From the sequence record NC_052658.1: a stretch of 64,000 bases of DNA; one strand, written 5' to 3'. Under the pieces are notes generated by a model. The model was not told the origin of the DNA, made no database searches, and worked only from the letters and a program-made list of their open reading frames with translations. Positions within the stretch are counted from its first letter, which is position 1. Each line of letters opens with the position of its first letter. Source of the stretch: Escherichia phage nepoznato. Position numbers and translations under genes: made by a program. Shown piece after piece: positions 1 through 8,471 of the stretch.

Positions 1-178
1 CAGCTTTAGCAGCTTCAGTGTTGTCAGCTTTCAGGATAGAACCAATTTTCATGGTTGCTGTTTTAACCAGGTTAACTTCACGTACACAGTGTCCAAGGTC
101 AGAGCTAAACACTCCACCCAGAACCAGGTGTCCGAATTCCTGGCGAGAGTTAGATAAAGTAATTCCTTTAGCCATTTA
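1..178 (-). CDS. major capsid protein-like, N-terminal part (gene runs past window start)
   Basis: Minus-strand ORF starting ATG at 178 after RBS AGGAGA; translation MAKGITLSNSRQEFGHLVLGG...; sits downstream of scaffold-like gene. Identity is positional inference only. Confidence 0.35.
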
Positions 179-194
179 ATTTAATCTCCTAAGA

Positions 195-1310
195 TTATTG
201 TTTCTGGGCTTTTTTAAGTTCAGCAGCTTTCTGACTAATCAGTTCAGAAGAAGATTTAGCTACAGGTTGAGTATTGATCACATCAACACCACGTTCTGCT
301 CCAAATTCTTTCTTAACTGCGTCCACTTCTGCACGTGCTTTTTCGAATGCTTTGACGATAGTTTCAGCGATATCTTTATTGTCTACCAGATATTTAACGA
401 GAGCTTCAACTTTGTCTTCTTCTACGAAAGAATAGGATTTAACAACAGTTGTATATTCTTCTTCGATACGAGCTTGTTCAGCTTTACGAAGTTCTTCTGC
501 TTCCTGTTCTGCCTTAGCGATTTTTTCCTGTGCTTCAAGTTCTGCGGCTGCACGTGCATCTGCGGCTGCTTTTTCTACAGCTTCAGCGATCTGTGCTTTC
601 ATCAGTTCTTGGAATTCAGCAGATTTCAGGAATTCTTCTTTGTTGATATTTTCCAAAGGGGTTTCTCCTTTATTGATTCCAGTTGTGTTTGCAGATTTAT
701 CACCTGCGGGGTTAGCCTCTGCATCCACAGAGTTTGTATTAGCTTTAGCGTGAGCTTTCACTAAATAATCTTTAACTTGACTTTGTTTCAAGGAACTCTT
801 AACGAGATTACTCAAAGCATCGTCTAAAACGTCCTCAAAGAAATCAATGGAGATCATTACATCACCATCAACAACTTGATAATCAGTAACACGAACAACA
901 GGTTTAGCAACCTCTTCAACTTCAACATTCAGTCCGTCAACTTTAAAGCCAACAGAGAACATACCGTTATCTGAACAGAAAATTGCAACGTTCGCATCGA
1001 AGTCAGCATCAATAACGTAAACCCAATCCCAACCAGCTTCAAATTTTTCACGCACTTTTTCAGAAATGCGATCCATCACTTGTTGAATATAGCTTTTACG
1101 TAACTCTGTAACATCTTCTCCCATTTTAGTGAGAGCTTCTAACTTTTCAAAAGTTATGTCTGGAGATCCGTCTGACTTAAATAAAAGGGGGGTATTATAA
1201 CCAGATGCCGCTCCACCTTGAAAATCAAAAGTGTAAGCAATATGAGCACCTAGTGACTCTTCCGTAGCTTTTCCTGAAAAGTCTACGTTAGTTAAATATG
1301 TATTTGCCAC
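195..1310 (-). CDS. head scaffolding-like protein
   Basis: 371 aa; C-terminal third is an Ala/Glu/Lys-rich predicted coiled coil typical of scaffolds; lies between portal-like and capsid-like genes. Confidence 0.4.
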   Translation of the reverse strand: MANTYLTNVDFSGKATEESLGAHIAYTFDFQGGAASGYNTPLLFKSDGSPDITFEKLEALTKMGEDVTELRKSYIQQVMDRISEKVREKFEAGWDWVYVIDADFDANVAIFCSDNGMFSVGFKVDGLNVEVEEVAKPVVRVTDYQVVDGDVMISIDFFEDVLDDALSNLVKSSLKQSQVKDYLVKAHAKANTNSVDAEANPAGDKSANTTGINKGETPLENINKEEFLKSAEFQELMKAQIAEAVEKAAADARAAAELEAQEKIAKAEQEAEELRKAEQARIEEEYTTVVKSYSFVEEDKVEALVKYLVDNKDIAETIVKAFEKARAEVDAVKKEFGAERGVDVINTQPVAKSSSELISQKAAELKKAQKQ

Positions 1311-1312
1311 GA

Positions 1313-1792
1313 TTAGTCCTTCTTGACTTTAACGCCCATTGCGCCTATACTCAAACCTTTAAGAACGCCGTCTTTACGAGCTTGATATAATTCAGGGTCG
1401 TTGAATTGGATTTTAACGAGGGGAGTTCCTTCCACAACGAGTTCGTCACCAATGTAACAATCGACTTCATTTACCCAAGCTTTAATTGGAGAAAACTTAT
1501 CGGTGTTCTTCATGTGACCAAGATTACCACTAATGTTGGTAATATTCTCATTGAAGTTGTCAACCATCTTCCTGATTTCCAAATCAGACATGCGCTCTCC
1601 GTGGAGATCGTCTTCTTCAGGTGGACAATACAAGACCTCAATAACCTGCATCTTTTCTTCATCAAATTTATTTTGTTTGACTAGAGTTTCAGGTTTTTGA
1701 GATGGTATAGAATCTTGTTGGGATTCAGAATTCTCTTTAAAACCAGCGAAGGTTTTGAAGAGTTCCCACAGTGTATCTTTATTGAGTTCCAT
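1313..1792 (-). CDS. hypothetical head-morphogenesis protein
   Basis: 159 aa ORF directly downstream of promoter at 1829-1857 and upstream of scaffold-like gene; no recognisable motif. Confidence 0.35.
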   Translation of the reverse strand: MELNKDTLWELFKTFAGFKENSESQQDSIPSQKPETLVKQNKFDEEKMQVIEVLYCPPEEDDLHGERMSDLEIRKMVDNFNENITNISGNLGHMKNTDKFSPIKAWVNEVDCYIGDELVVEGTPLVKIQFNDPELYQARKDGVLKGLSIGAMGVKVKKD

Positions 1793-1828
1793 TTGAAACC
1801 TCTTAAAAACAGATATCCCATAAATCTT

Positions 1829-1857
1829 AGTCTACAGGATATTTGTTGTTTTGTCAA
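1829..1857 (-). promoter_or_regulatory. sigma70-like promoter (TTGACA, 17 bp spacer, TAGACT) with CTATTGACA context
   Basis: Minus-strand reading ...TTTTTCTATTGACAAAACAACAAATATCCTGTAGACT...; upstream of CDS 1313-1792. Confidence 0.5.
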
Positions 1858-1885
1858 TAGAAAAATTAAAAAATATTAAATATTT

Positions 1886-3451
1886 TTAATTCGACAGGTT
1901 TTGTGCTGAAGGATCTAAAGCAGAAACAGTATCAGACGTTCCAGTTCCCGCTGTAGCTAAACCATCTCCTGATCGTGAAGTTTTGTCAGGCATATAGTTA
2001 TCCATGAATTCAAAGAATTTCTCTTTATTGGCAACAATATCGTCAGGGATGCGATATTCAAAACCAATTTTTTCAAGGAACTCGTTAATAACTTCTGGGG
2101 TTAAAGGTATTGCACCAGAGGCTACCAACTGTTGAATAGCTTTAGCATTTACTTCAATATCAGGATCACCCATTTCACCACTGACAAACTTAGGCATATC
2201 TTCATCAGAAAGGAAGATATTGTTTAGTCGTAGTGTTTGAGGGATCAGTTGAGAGTTTATAGCTTCTACAACAATATCTACATCTCGCTCAATAAAATGA
2301 GACAATAGTGTTTGTTTGTTGTCAGAGAGCGCAAAACTTCCTGCATCACCATCACCCATAATCAACACACCCGCACCAAAGCGGTTATAAATATCTAGTT
2401 TGCGTTGTTTGATTAGTGCTTGAGTGTCAAACTGTTTACCCGTGCCATCAACACCTTGGAATACAAGATCGTATTGACGCATCACTGTACCTTCATAAAC
2501 GTCTGAAGGCAATACCATGTAGGCTTGCTCACCAGAGTGCAGGTTAGCGATGTTGGCTTGGAGAACTCGAAGAGATTGTGCTTCATCCCCAGCAGGATCT
2601 AAAGATGCCCTGTTTAGAATGTCACTTGGAACCTTAAGAACTGGCATACCGCCTAAATCTTTAGATACCCCAATAACCTCAAATTCCTGAATAAGAGATT
2701 TTTCACGCCAGCTACGATATACAGCTAAAAGCGGACTAACTCCTAGTGGGTTATTTTCTGTAATGTTGCTACCAACAAATAAAACTTTACTGAAAGGAAT
2801 TTCTTTAATACCAGTTTCTAAAGTTGTATTCCCTGGGGCTAACATTGTATTGGTGATATTCTGGTTAACAGACAAGATAGAACGTCCGTCTGCCGAATAT
2901 GTAAAAGGTTGAGCCATGTGAAGAGTATCTTGTGGTCTAAAAGCCAGCTTAGTTAATCGCCAATACCCAAAGTAAGGACTCTTAGGATCTTCATCCAACT
3001 CATAAACTTTTTCTGCGAATGCAAACCCATATTGCTTATATGTCAAAAGTGATCTAACATATTGACGTAGAGGGGCTTGCATATTACGTAACATATAATC
3101 AATAAACTTAGCAGCTTTTCTTGACTTTGCCGAGTTTACATTGTATTTTATCTTGAAATCAAAGAATGCTCTATCTACAAAGATATATGTAGCGTCAAGA
3201 GCAGTAGCTACATCAGGGTCTTCACCCATCTCTTTAAAAGTGCGAATACATTCTGGGAAACGAGTCTCATAAGGTTGCATGAAATTCGTAAATGCTTTGA
3301 TTGAGTTTAATCCGATCGTTCCTATTTCAGGTGACAGGAGTAACGTTTTCTCTTTCTCTGCCTCTTTTGTTGGAGAGAGAGCAGCTTTATTTGCAGCACC
3401 TTTGTCCCAGTATTCTGACTTTTTAGTGTACGTTCTTTTTCCTGTTGACAC
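1886..3451 (-). CDS. portal protein (putative)
   Basis: 521 aa ORF between terminase and scaffold genes, the usual portal position; size fits; no motif verified by eye. Confidence 0.45.
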   Translation of the reverse strand: MSTGKRTYTKKSEYWDKGAANKAALSPTKEAEKEKTLLLSPEIGTIGLNSIKAFTNFMQPYETRFPECIRTFKEMGEDPDVATALDATYIFVDRAFFDFKIKYNVNSAKSRKAAKFIDYMLRNMQAPLRQYVRSLLTYKQYGFAFAEKVYELDEDPKSPYFGYWRLTKLAFRPQDTLHMAQPFTYSADGRSILSVNQNITNTMLAPGNTTLETGIKEIPFSKVLFVGSNITENNPLGVSPLLAVYRSWREKSLIQEFEVIGVSKDLGGMPVLKVPSDILNRASLDPAGDEAQSLRVLQANIANLHSGEQAYMVLPSDVYEGTVMRQYDLVFQGVDGTGKQFDTQALIKQRKLDIYNRFGAGVLIMGDGDAGSFALSDNKQTLLSHFIERDVDIVVEAINSQLIPQTLRLNNIFLSDEDMPKFVSGEMGDPDIEVNAKAIQQLVASGAIPLTPEVINEFLEKIGFEYRIPDDIVANKEKFFEFMDNYMPDKTSRSGDGLATAGTGTSDTVSALDPSAQNLSN

Positions 3452-3552
3452 TTGTTCCTCCAGTCAGGTATAAAATCGTTAAGGCAAGGCTGTATTATAT
3501 ACAACCTCACCTATCTAGTTATAATACACTTTAAAGTGACTTTTGTCAACAA

Positions 3553-4380
3553 TTATCTTTTACGGACACTATACGGTTGGTGAAATCCGCTGTTCATTCT
3601 ACTGTATCCTGTAGGAGCATTTGTTGTTGCAGGGATAGCTACTGCTTTGAAAGTATTCTCTTTTGACAGAGTATTGAAACAAGAAGCAGCAGCATCGGGA
3701 ATGTCATCTTTAATAGTGGCTGTAGATCTTTCACCATTGAAAGATTCCAATTCTTTATAAAAGTGGGTTAAAGTTTCCACATTAGGGAAAGAATCTTCAA
3801 CAATATAAACAAAACCGTTTTGACACGCACTACTAAAAGGCATAAAACGCTGAAGCTTTTTCTTGTTGCCTGGCATAGCATCTGGTTTAACAACAAAACC
3901 CTCTAGAATAAGTTTCTTTGCAGACTCTGTATATTCTATTGTCCCAGCACCAGATGGGTCTTTAGGAAGAACTACTGTAACTTCTGGTCCATCAATCTTA
4001 CATTGATTTAGAATCAGGTTATCCCTTTCCCCAGGTAATCTTCGAAACCTTCCGAAAATTTTACTTTTCTCATCCACAGCATCATAATCATAGTCACCAA
4101 AGATGTAGATATTACCATCTTGGTCTTTACCCATTTTGACAGATGTTGTATAGTCTGGATAACGATAAGTTTCTGTAGGAACTGAAACAGCTTTATCCCA
4201 TGCTCGCATTAGTTTAAGATTATTAGGAACATCTTTATAAGATATCTTATGCAACCATTCACGTTGGAAGAAAGACTCTTTCTGTATACGTGCAAACCAA
4301 CAGCCGTCCAAGAGTTGTGCTCTTTTGATTGCTGTTTGTGATTTAAGCTGTGCTAAATAATTAGGGTTAAGCCTAATCAA
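3553..4380 (-). CDS. terL: terminase large subunit, C-terminal nuclease segment
   Basis: 275 aa; track start is TTG with no RBS; reading frame stays open upstream to an in-frame TAG at 4423-4425; C-terminal ...IKDDIPDAAAS... resembles terminase nuclease-domain end; same strand as ATPase segment 5356-6597. Confidence 0.5.
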   Translation of the reverse strand: MIRLNPNYLAQLKSQTAIKRAQLLDGCWFARIQKESFFQREWLHKISYKDVPNNLKLMRAWDKAVSVPTETYRYPDYTTSVKMGKDQDGNIYIFGDYDYDAVDEKSKIFGRFRRLPGERDNLILNQCKIDGPEVTVVLPKDPSGAGTIEYTESAKKLILEGFVVKPDAMPGNKKKLQRFMPFSSACQNGFVYIVEDSFPNVETLTHFYKELESFNGERSTATIKDDIPDAAASCFNTLSKENTFKAVAIPATTNAPTGYSRMNSGFHQPYSVRKR

Positions 4381-4559
4381 TTCTGGGTTATCAAATCTTT
4401 TTATTCTGGAGTAGTCGCAACTCTACTCCACGTTCTCTTATGAACTGCTGCACATCACTGTGCAGAATAGACTATATCATCATCTCCTAAGAGATGCTTT
4501 GCTTTTCGAGCAGCATTTGCTTCTGCCCTACTCCCTTTCGGGATAGTCGTTGAACTACA

Positions 4560-5240
4560 TCACCAATTGTAGTTATTAGATAAGTACGTATAGGTTTTCC
4601 TATCTTTAATACTCTTAACTACATTAAAACTTACACCGTATTTTTTAGCTATTTTATTTATTGATAGAATATTTTCTTGCAGCTTTTCACAAATCCCTAA
4701 GACTTTATCTTCACTTATTCTGTTGGAAGAGGGTATTTTTCTAAAGTTAAAGTCTTGTGAAATGTCTTTATATGTTCTGCCAGCTTTTATATCACTAACA
4801 ACAGATTGTGCCACATTATACATCTGACAGATATCTTTGTTACGTGATCCTTGCTCTAACAGTTTGCAAATTTCCACAGCAACAGTGTCTGGAATAGGTC
4901 TGTAGTCATTTATGACTTCTGTTCGTCTTAACCCTGTGGACATAGCATGAAGAGTATTCTCTTGTTCTGTTGTCCACTCAAGATTGTCTGCACAATTATT
5001 AAGTTTGTTGCCATCTTTGTGATTAACAAAAGGCTTATTTTCAGGGTTAGGCACAAATGCTTTTGCTATCAACCTGTGCTGTAATTCTTCTATCCTACTA
5101 CCATTTTCACAAATGGTTACTCCCTTGTAATCTCCAAGCATCTTATTTTCGCTTAGGAATTTTTGGGTGTATAAACTAAAAATACGACCATCGTATGTGG
5201 CGCAATAATGCGGGTATCCGATGAAACCTAAGTTTTTCAT
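4560..5240 (-). CDS. HNH homing endonuclease
   Basis: 226 aa; His-Me finger motif ...NHKDGNKLNNCADNLEWTTEQENTLHA; own promoter and RBS; inserted between the two terminase segments. Confidence 0.7.
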   Translation of the reverse strand: MKNLGFIGYPHYCATYDGRIFSLYTQKFLSENKMLGDYKGVTICENGSRIEELQHRLIAKAFVPNPENKPFVNHKDGNKLNNCADNLEWTTEQENTLHAMSTGLRRTEVINDYRPIPDTVAVEICKLLEQGSRNKDICQMYNVAQSVVSDIKAGRTYKDISQDFNFRKIPSSNRISEDKVLGICEKLQENILSINKIAKKYGVSFNVVKSIKDRKTYTYLSNNYNW

Positions 5241-5272
5241 TTTACTCTCCTACTAATATTTTTGGAGAAGTG

Positions 5273-5301
5273 ATTATAGCTGCTGATTATCTATTTGTCA
5301 A
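5273..5301 (-). promoter_or_regulatory. strong sigma70-like promoter (TTGACA, 17 bp, TATAAT) for the HNH gene
   Basis: Minus-strand reading GTCTATTGACAAATAGATAATCAGCAGCTATAAT, followed by RBS and the ATG at 5240. Confidence 0.6.
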
Positions 5302-5355
5302 TAGACTTCCCAGCAATTAACAAAGTTATTCGATGTGCATCGCTGCACAAAGCCA

Positions 5356-6597
5356 CTATTGATTAATGGTTCCACCAATGAACACAAATGTTTGTGGTTC
5401 AATAACCACTGTTTCACCTGTATTAGGGTTTTCCATGAAACAGTTTTCTGGATATTTTTCTTTCAGTTCTTCAGGTGTGTCAGCAAAAACAGGTTCATCG
5501 TTAACAATGATGAAATATTTTTGTTTACCACACATATCTTCTCTAGGATAACCGCCCTCATCGAGATAAGGTAATACCCAATTCAAAACCCAACTATCTG
5601 CATCGGGGTTACATGTGCACAACATGAAGCTTGTTTCTGATTCTGAACGCATACGTCCCAGAAGATAGAGCATTTCATATTGCGTGAAGTGGGTTAACTC
5701 GTCAAAACCTACCATTGAATACTGTGTACCCTGATGGTTTGTTTCTGCTGTTACGTTATCATTTTCCAAATGATCGAATTTGAGGGTTCCACCACCAGTG
5801 GCTTCAAAAATGATATCCATTGTACTTTCTTTTACGTGTGGTTGTAAAGGAAGATACAAACGTTTTGCTTCTGTAAACAGACCACCTGGTTTACGGTGAG
5901 CAGTGGTGTTCTTACGGAAAAGTATTCCACCAAACAAAGGATCTTTGTAGGCGTATTTTAAAGCTTTCAGCAATAGCAGACGAGACTTGCCGCTATTCCC
6001 AGTAACGAAGCAGTGATCGCCACGTCTAAAGACAATATAGCTGCTTGGAGTCTCAAAACAATATTTCTTATCATCTGTTGAAATAACCTCGTGTATTTTT
6101 AAGTAAGTGCTCTTTTTACCAGGTATGTTAAAAGGAACACGTTTACCGAATGGATTTTCTACATAACCTTGAAGTGGTTTTCCTATTTGCTGTAATGCAA
6201 TAAGATCTCCTACAAGAATCTCGAAATGTTTCTTTGATTTCTTTTTCTTATAGAATACAAAACGGTGTTCCATACTAAGTTCTTGGAACAATCCTACACC
6301 ATTTGTTATTCTGTATAGGTTATCTCCATTTAAATCGTATTCTACAAAATAAGGTGTTACCAATTCTAAACGCTTATTCTTAGGGTTGTATTGGTAAATA
6401 TCCTCTCCCGAATATTCACTAATCTGTCTCCAACCATCTTTTGTAAGATATTCCGTTTCAGCAGAAACACATCCAGCGGCACCACCATAAATCATAACTT
6501 CTGGCATTAAATCCATTGCAAGAGTCTGTTTACCTGGTTGAGCCTTTACTTCAATATCTACTCCAGCTAAACTACCTGCTGCCTTTTTCTTTGCCAC
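5356..6597 (-). CDS. terL: terminase large subunit, N-terminal ATPase segment, with putative mini-intein
   Basis: 413 aa; Walker B-like YSMVGFDELTHF; residues 43-201 start with Cys (CVSAETEYLTKDGWRQISE, Hint block A-like) and end with Asn followed by Ser; removing them joins ...YGGAAG to SGKSRLL..., giving a canonical Walker A GAAGSGKS. Confidence 0.55.
   Translation of the reverse strand: MAKKKAAGSLAGVDIEVKAQPGKQTLAMDLMPEVMIYGGAAGCVSAETEYLTKDGWRQISEYSGEDIYQYNPKNKRLELVTPYFVEYDLNGDNLYRITNGVGLFQELSMEHRFVFYKKKKSKKHFEILVGDLIALQQIGKPLQGYVENPFGKRVPFNIPGKKSTYLKIHEVISTDDKKYCFETPSSYIVFRRGDHCFVTGNSGKSRLLLLKALKYAYKDPLFGGILFRKNTTAHRKPGGLFTEAKRLYLPLQPHVKESTMDIIFEATGGGTLKFDHLENDNVTAETNHQGTQYSMVGFDELTHFTQYEMLYLLGRMRSESETSFMLCTCNPDADSWVLNWVLPYLDEGGYPREDMCGKQKYFIIVNDEPVFADTPEELKEKYPENCFMENPNTGETVVIEPQTFVFIGGTINQ
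5995..6471 (-). other. putative mini-intein (Hint domain, about 159 aa) inside terminase Walker A
   Basis: Codon 6469-6471 is TGT (Cys1); codon 5995-5997 is AAT (terminal Asn); next codon is AGC (Ser+1). Penultimate residue is Gly, not His, so splicing competence is uncertain. Confidence 0.45.
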
Positions 6598-6606
6598 ATT
6601 TCCTCC

Positions 6607-6951
6607 TTATTCAGCAATAATACCTTTTTCTTGCAGTGTTTTAATATATGTTTGTAAACCTAAAACCTTTCGTCTATCTTGCTCCCAAAGAGCGTTGTTT
6701 TGAGTTTGGTTGTTAACAACTTCAGATCTACTGACCCCTTTTGCAATTTGATTTTTAGTGTATGGCACAGGTGTCGATACTTTATCCATCAAATCAGAAT
6801 CTGGACCTCTAACCTTTTCTATTGCTACGGCCTTACACTCATCAATAAGAACTGGGGAAACTTTTGTTGATGATGAACAACCCGTCATCATTAGGGGCAA
6901 AGCAAGACATACTGCCAGAATTAGTTTTTGCATAATTCGTTGTATCCTCAT
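6607..6951 (-). CDS. o-spanin (Rz1-like outer-membrane lipoprotein)
   Basis: 114 aa; signal peptide with lipobox LMMTGC; overlaps the 3' end of the i-spanin gene in another frame, the usual Rz/Rz1 arrangement. Confidence 0.5.
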   Translation of the reverse strand: MRIQRIMQKLILAVCLALPLMMTGCSSSTKVSPVLIDECKAVAIEKVRGPDSDLMDKVSTPVPYTKNQIAKGVSRSEVVNNQTQNNALWEQDRRKVLGLQTYIKTLQEKGIIAE

Positions 6952-7234
6952 TGATCGTTTGTTTCTTCTTCTCTAAATCTGCTTTTAATTGTGCATTGTT
7001 TTTAGACAAGTTGTTTATTTGGGTATTTAATAATGCTCTTTCTTCATCTGCTCTTTTTTGAAGAACATCAAAATCCTGTTTTGCTTTTGCTTGGGCTGCT
7101 TGATATAATTGCGCTTGATAGGCAACACCATCTTTGTAGCCAGACTCATGTATCTTGTTATAAGCAAACATTCCGGCAAGAATAAGAACAACAATTAAAA
7201 CAAAACCTAATACAGTTTTAGTCTTTAGATTCAT
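6842..7234 (-). CDS. i-spanin (Rz-like)
   Basis: 130 aa; N-terminal transmembrane helix (VLGFVLIVVLILAGMFAY) followed by a long coiled-coil-type region. Confidence 0.5.
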   Translation of the reverse strand: MNLKTKTVLGFVLIVVLILAGMFAYNKIHESGYKDGVAYQAQLYQAAQAKAKQDFDVLQKRADEERALLNTQINNLSKNNAQLKADLEKKKQTINEDTTNYAKTNSGSMSCFAPNDDGLFIINKSFPSSY

Positions 7235-7433
7235 TATCTTCTACTTCCTCATAAAATTTTATTTTAGGAAGAGAAGGGGCGTTGTTAACTATCTTCTTCA
7301 CTTCCATCGGTTGAGCCTCCGCTAGGATCTCTTCCCACGTCTTCTCTGTCATCATAAAGTTCTTCCTCCAAGTTCCAAGCCCGTGTGTAATCATTCTTTT
7401 TATCTTTATGATAAGAAGAACGGTTAAAATCAT
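7218..7433 (-). CDS. hypothetical protein
   Basis: 71 aa ORF upstream of spanins; start uncertain. Confidence 0.3.
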   Translation of the reverse strand: MILTVLLIIKIKRMITHGLGTWRKNFMMTEKTWEEILAEAQPMEVKKIVNNAPSLPKIKFYEEVEDNESKD

Positions 7434-7510
7434 TTTTAACTACAAAATTGCGCATATTTTATCCTCCTCATATCTGATCTTATCACAAAAGTATATACAA
7501 TTGCAAGCAT

Positions 7511-7545
7511 TAAAAATAAAAAGCCCCTAACCTTTCGGAGAGGGG
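7511..7545 (-). terminator. intrinsic terminator-like hairpin with U-tract
   Basis: Minus-strand CCCCT...AGGGG stem followed by CTTTTTATTTTT, just after the stop of CDS 7597-7893. Confidence 0.4.
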
Positions 7546-7596
7546 TGTTAAAAATAACAAGGAGGAGGGGGGCAAAGCCCCAAGAGAGGAGAGGGA

Positions 7597-7893
7597 TTAG
7601 ATTACGATCTTTTTAGGAACGTCATCTGTATTCTGCACGGCAGGAGTTTCTTCTTCCATAGCTTCATAATGTTCTTCTAACCATTCTTCTACTTGCTCTT
7701 TAATAGCTTTAGCTGCTTGGAAGCGGAGAGGTTTTGCTGCATCCTTATCATTAACAAGTTCAACAATATATCGCATAGCTTCTAAATAATGCTCTGCAAA
7801 TAATTCTTTTACACTTGCTTGCGCCGCATCCATTGCGTAGATCTGTTGCATTTCGGCTGTTGGTCTTCCACGACCACGTTTTAGTTTAGGCAT
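7597..7893 (-). CDS. small basic DNA-binding-like protein
   Basis: 98 aa; N-terminal KRGRGRP (AT-hook-like); RBS AGGAGGA; first gene after promoter 7915-7943. A small-terminase role is possible from position but unproven. Confidence 0.35.
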   Translation of the reverse strand: MPKLKRGRGRPTAEMQQIYAMDAAQASVKELFAEHYLEAMRYIVELVNDKDAAKPLRFQAAKAIKEQVEEWLEEHYEAMEEETPAVQNTDDVPKKIVI

Positions 7894-7914
7894 AATAAAA
7901 TCCTCCTAAACTTT

Positions 7915-7943
7915 ATCTTAACATATAAAAAATAATAAGTCAA
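7915..7943 (-). promoter_or_regulatory. sigma70-like promoter (TTGACT, 17 bp, TAAGAT)
   Basis: Minus-strand reading CTATTGAATAAAACTTGACT...TAAGAT, upstream of CDS 7597-7893. Confidence 0.45.
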
Positions 7944-7960
7944 GTTTTATTCAATAGATA

Positions 7961-7985
7961 GCAAAAAGCCTCCAATAAGGAGGCT
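7961..7985 (-). terminator. intrinsic terminator closing the tRNA operon
   Basis: Hairpin AGCCTCC-TTATT-GGAGGCT followed on the minus strand by TTTTTGCT; located 3' of the last tRNA. Confidence 0.55.
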
Positions 7986-8100
7986 AGTAAATACTGTTAA
8001 GTTGAAATGCTTTATTATAATTGTGCGTTAAGGAGTCGCACCCCTCCATCTTAGAAGGAACCAGGCAAGGTCTTCAAAGATACCGCTGGCAAGCGATATT

Positions 8101-8179
8101 TGGAGGCGGGAATCGGATTTGAACCGATGATCTCCAGCATATGAAACTGGCGAGGACGACCAGACTCCTCTATCCCGCT
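8101..8179 (-). tRNA. tRNA-Met or Ile2 (anticodon CAU), CCA encoded
   Basis: Hand-folded cloverleaf: T-arm ATCGG-TTCAAAT-CCGAT, anticodon loop TTCATAT, D-stem GAGG/CCTC; A1-C72 mismatch at top of acceptor stem. Confidence 0.65.
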
Positions 8180-8185
8180 ATTATG

Positions 8186-8257
8186 TATCCCGTGCTGGAT
8201 TCGAACCAGCATCACAATAAGCTGTGGAACTCTTATCCTGTAAGTCTAACGGGAAAC
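8186..8257 (-). tRNA. tRNA-like element, anticodon arm not resolvable (possible pseudo-tRNA)
   Basis: Canonical T-arm GCTGG-TTCGAAT-CCAGC and a 6 bp acceptor pairing, but no 5+7+5 anticodon stem-loop found by hand. Confidence 0.3.
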
Positions 8258-8331
8258 TGGTTGTTTCGACAAGAATCGAACTTGTATCTCACGATTATCA
8301 GTCGTGGGTTCTACCATTGAACTACGAAACA
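8258..8331 (-). tRNA. tRNA-Ile (anticodon GAU), CCA encoded
   Basis: Acceptor TGTTTCG/CGAAACA, D-stem GTTC/GAAC, anticodon stem CACGA/TCGTG with loop CTGATAA, T-arm ACAAG-TTCGATT-CTTGT. Confidence 0.75.
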
Positions 8332-8394
8332 TTTAAAAGAATATCTCACGTCTGATACAGACTAACCTTTTGTCTGACGCATGAAATATTTAAT

Positions 8395-8471
8395 TGGTCG
8401 GAATTGCAGGATTCGAACCTGCGACCCTACGCTCCCAAAGCGTATGCTCTACCAAACTGAGCTAAATTCCG
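8395..8471 (-). tRNA. tRNA-Pro (anticodon UGG), CCA encoded
   Basis: Acceptor CGGAATT/AATTCCG, D-arm GCTC-AGTTTGGTA-GAGC, anticodon stem TACGC/GCGTA with loop TTTGGGA, T-arm GCAGG-TTCGAAT-CCTGC. The 5' end overlaps the stop of CDS 8462-8980. Confidence 0.8.

Noticed and set aside
198-764. Plus-strand 188 aa ORF overlapping the minus-strand scaffold gene, and similar antisense ORFs throughout the track
   Set aside because: Low-complexity Phe/Cys-rich translations lying antisense to well-supported genes; typical spurious ORFs in AT-rich DNA.
8101-8179. Possible UGA-suppressor tRNA (anticodon UCA)
   Set aside because: An alternative register gave a UCA anticodon but required a G-G clash in the anticodon stem; the register with a fully paired stem gives CAU.
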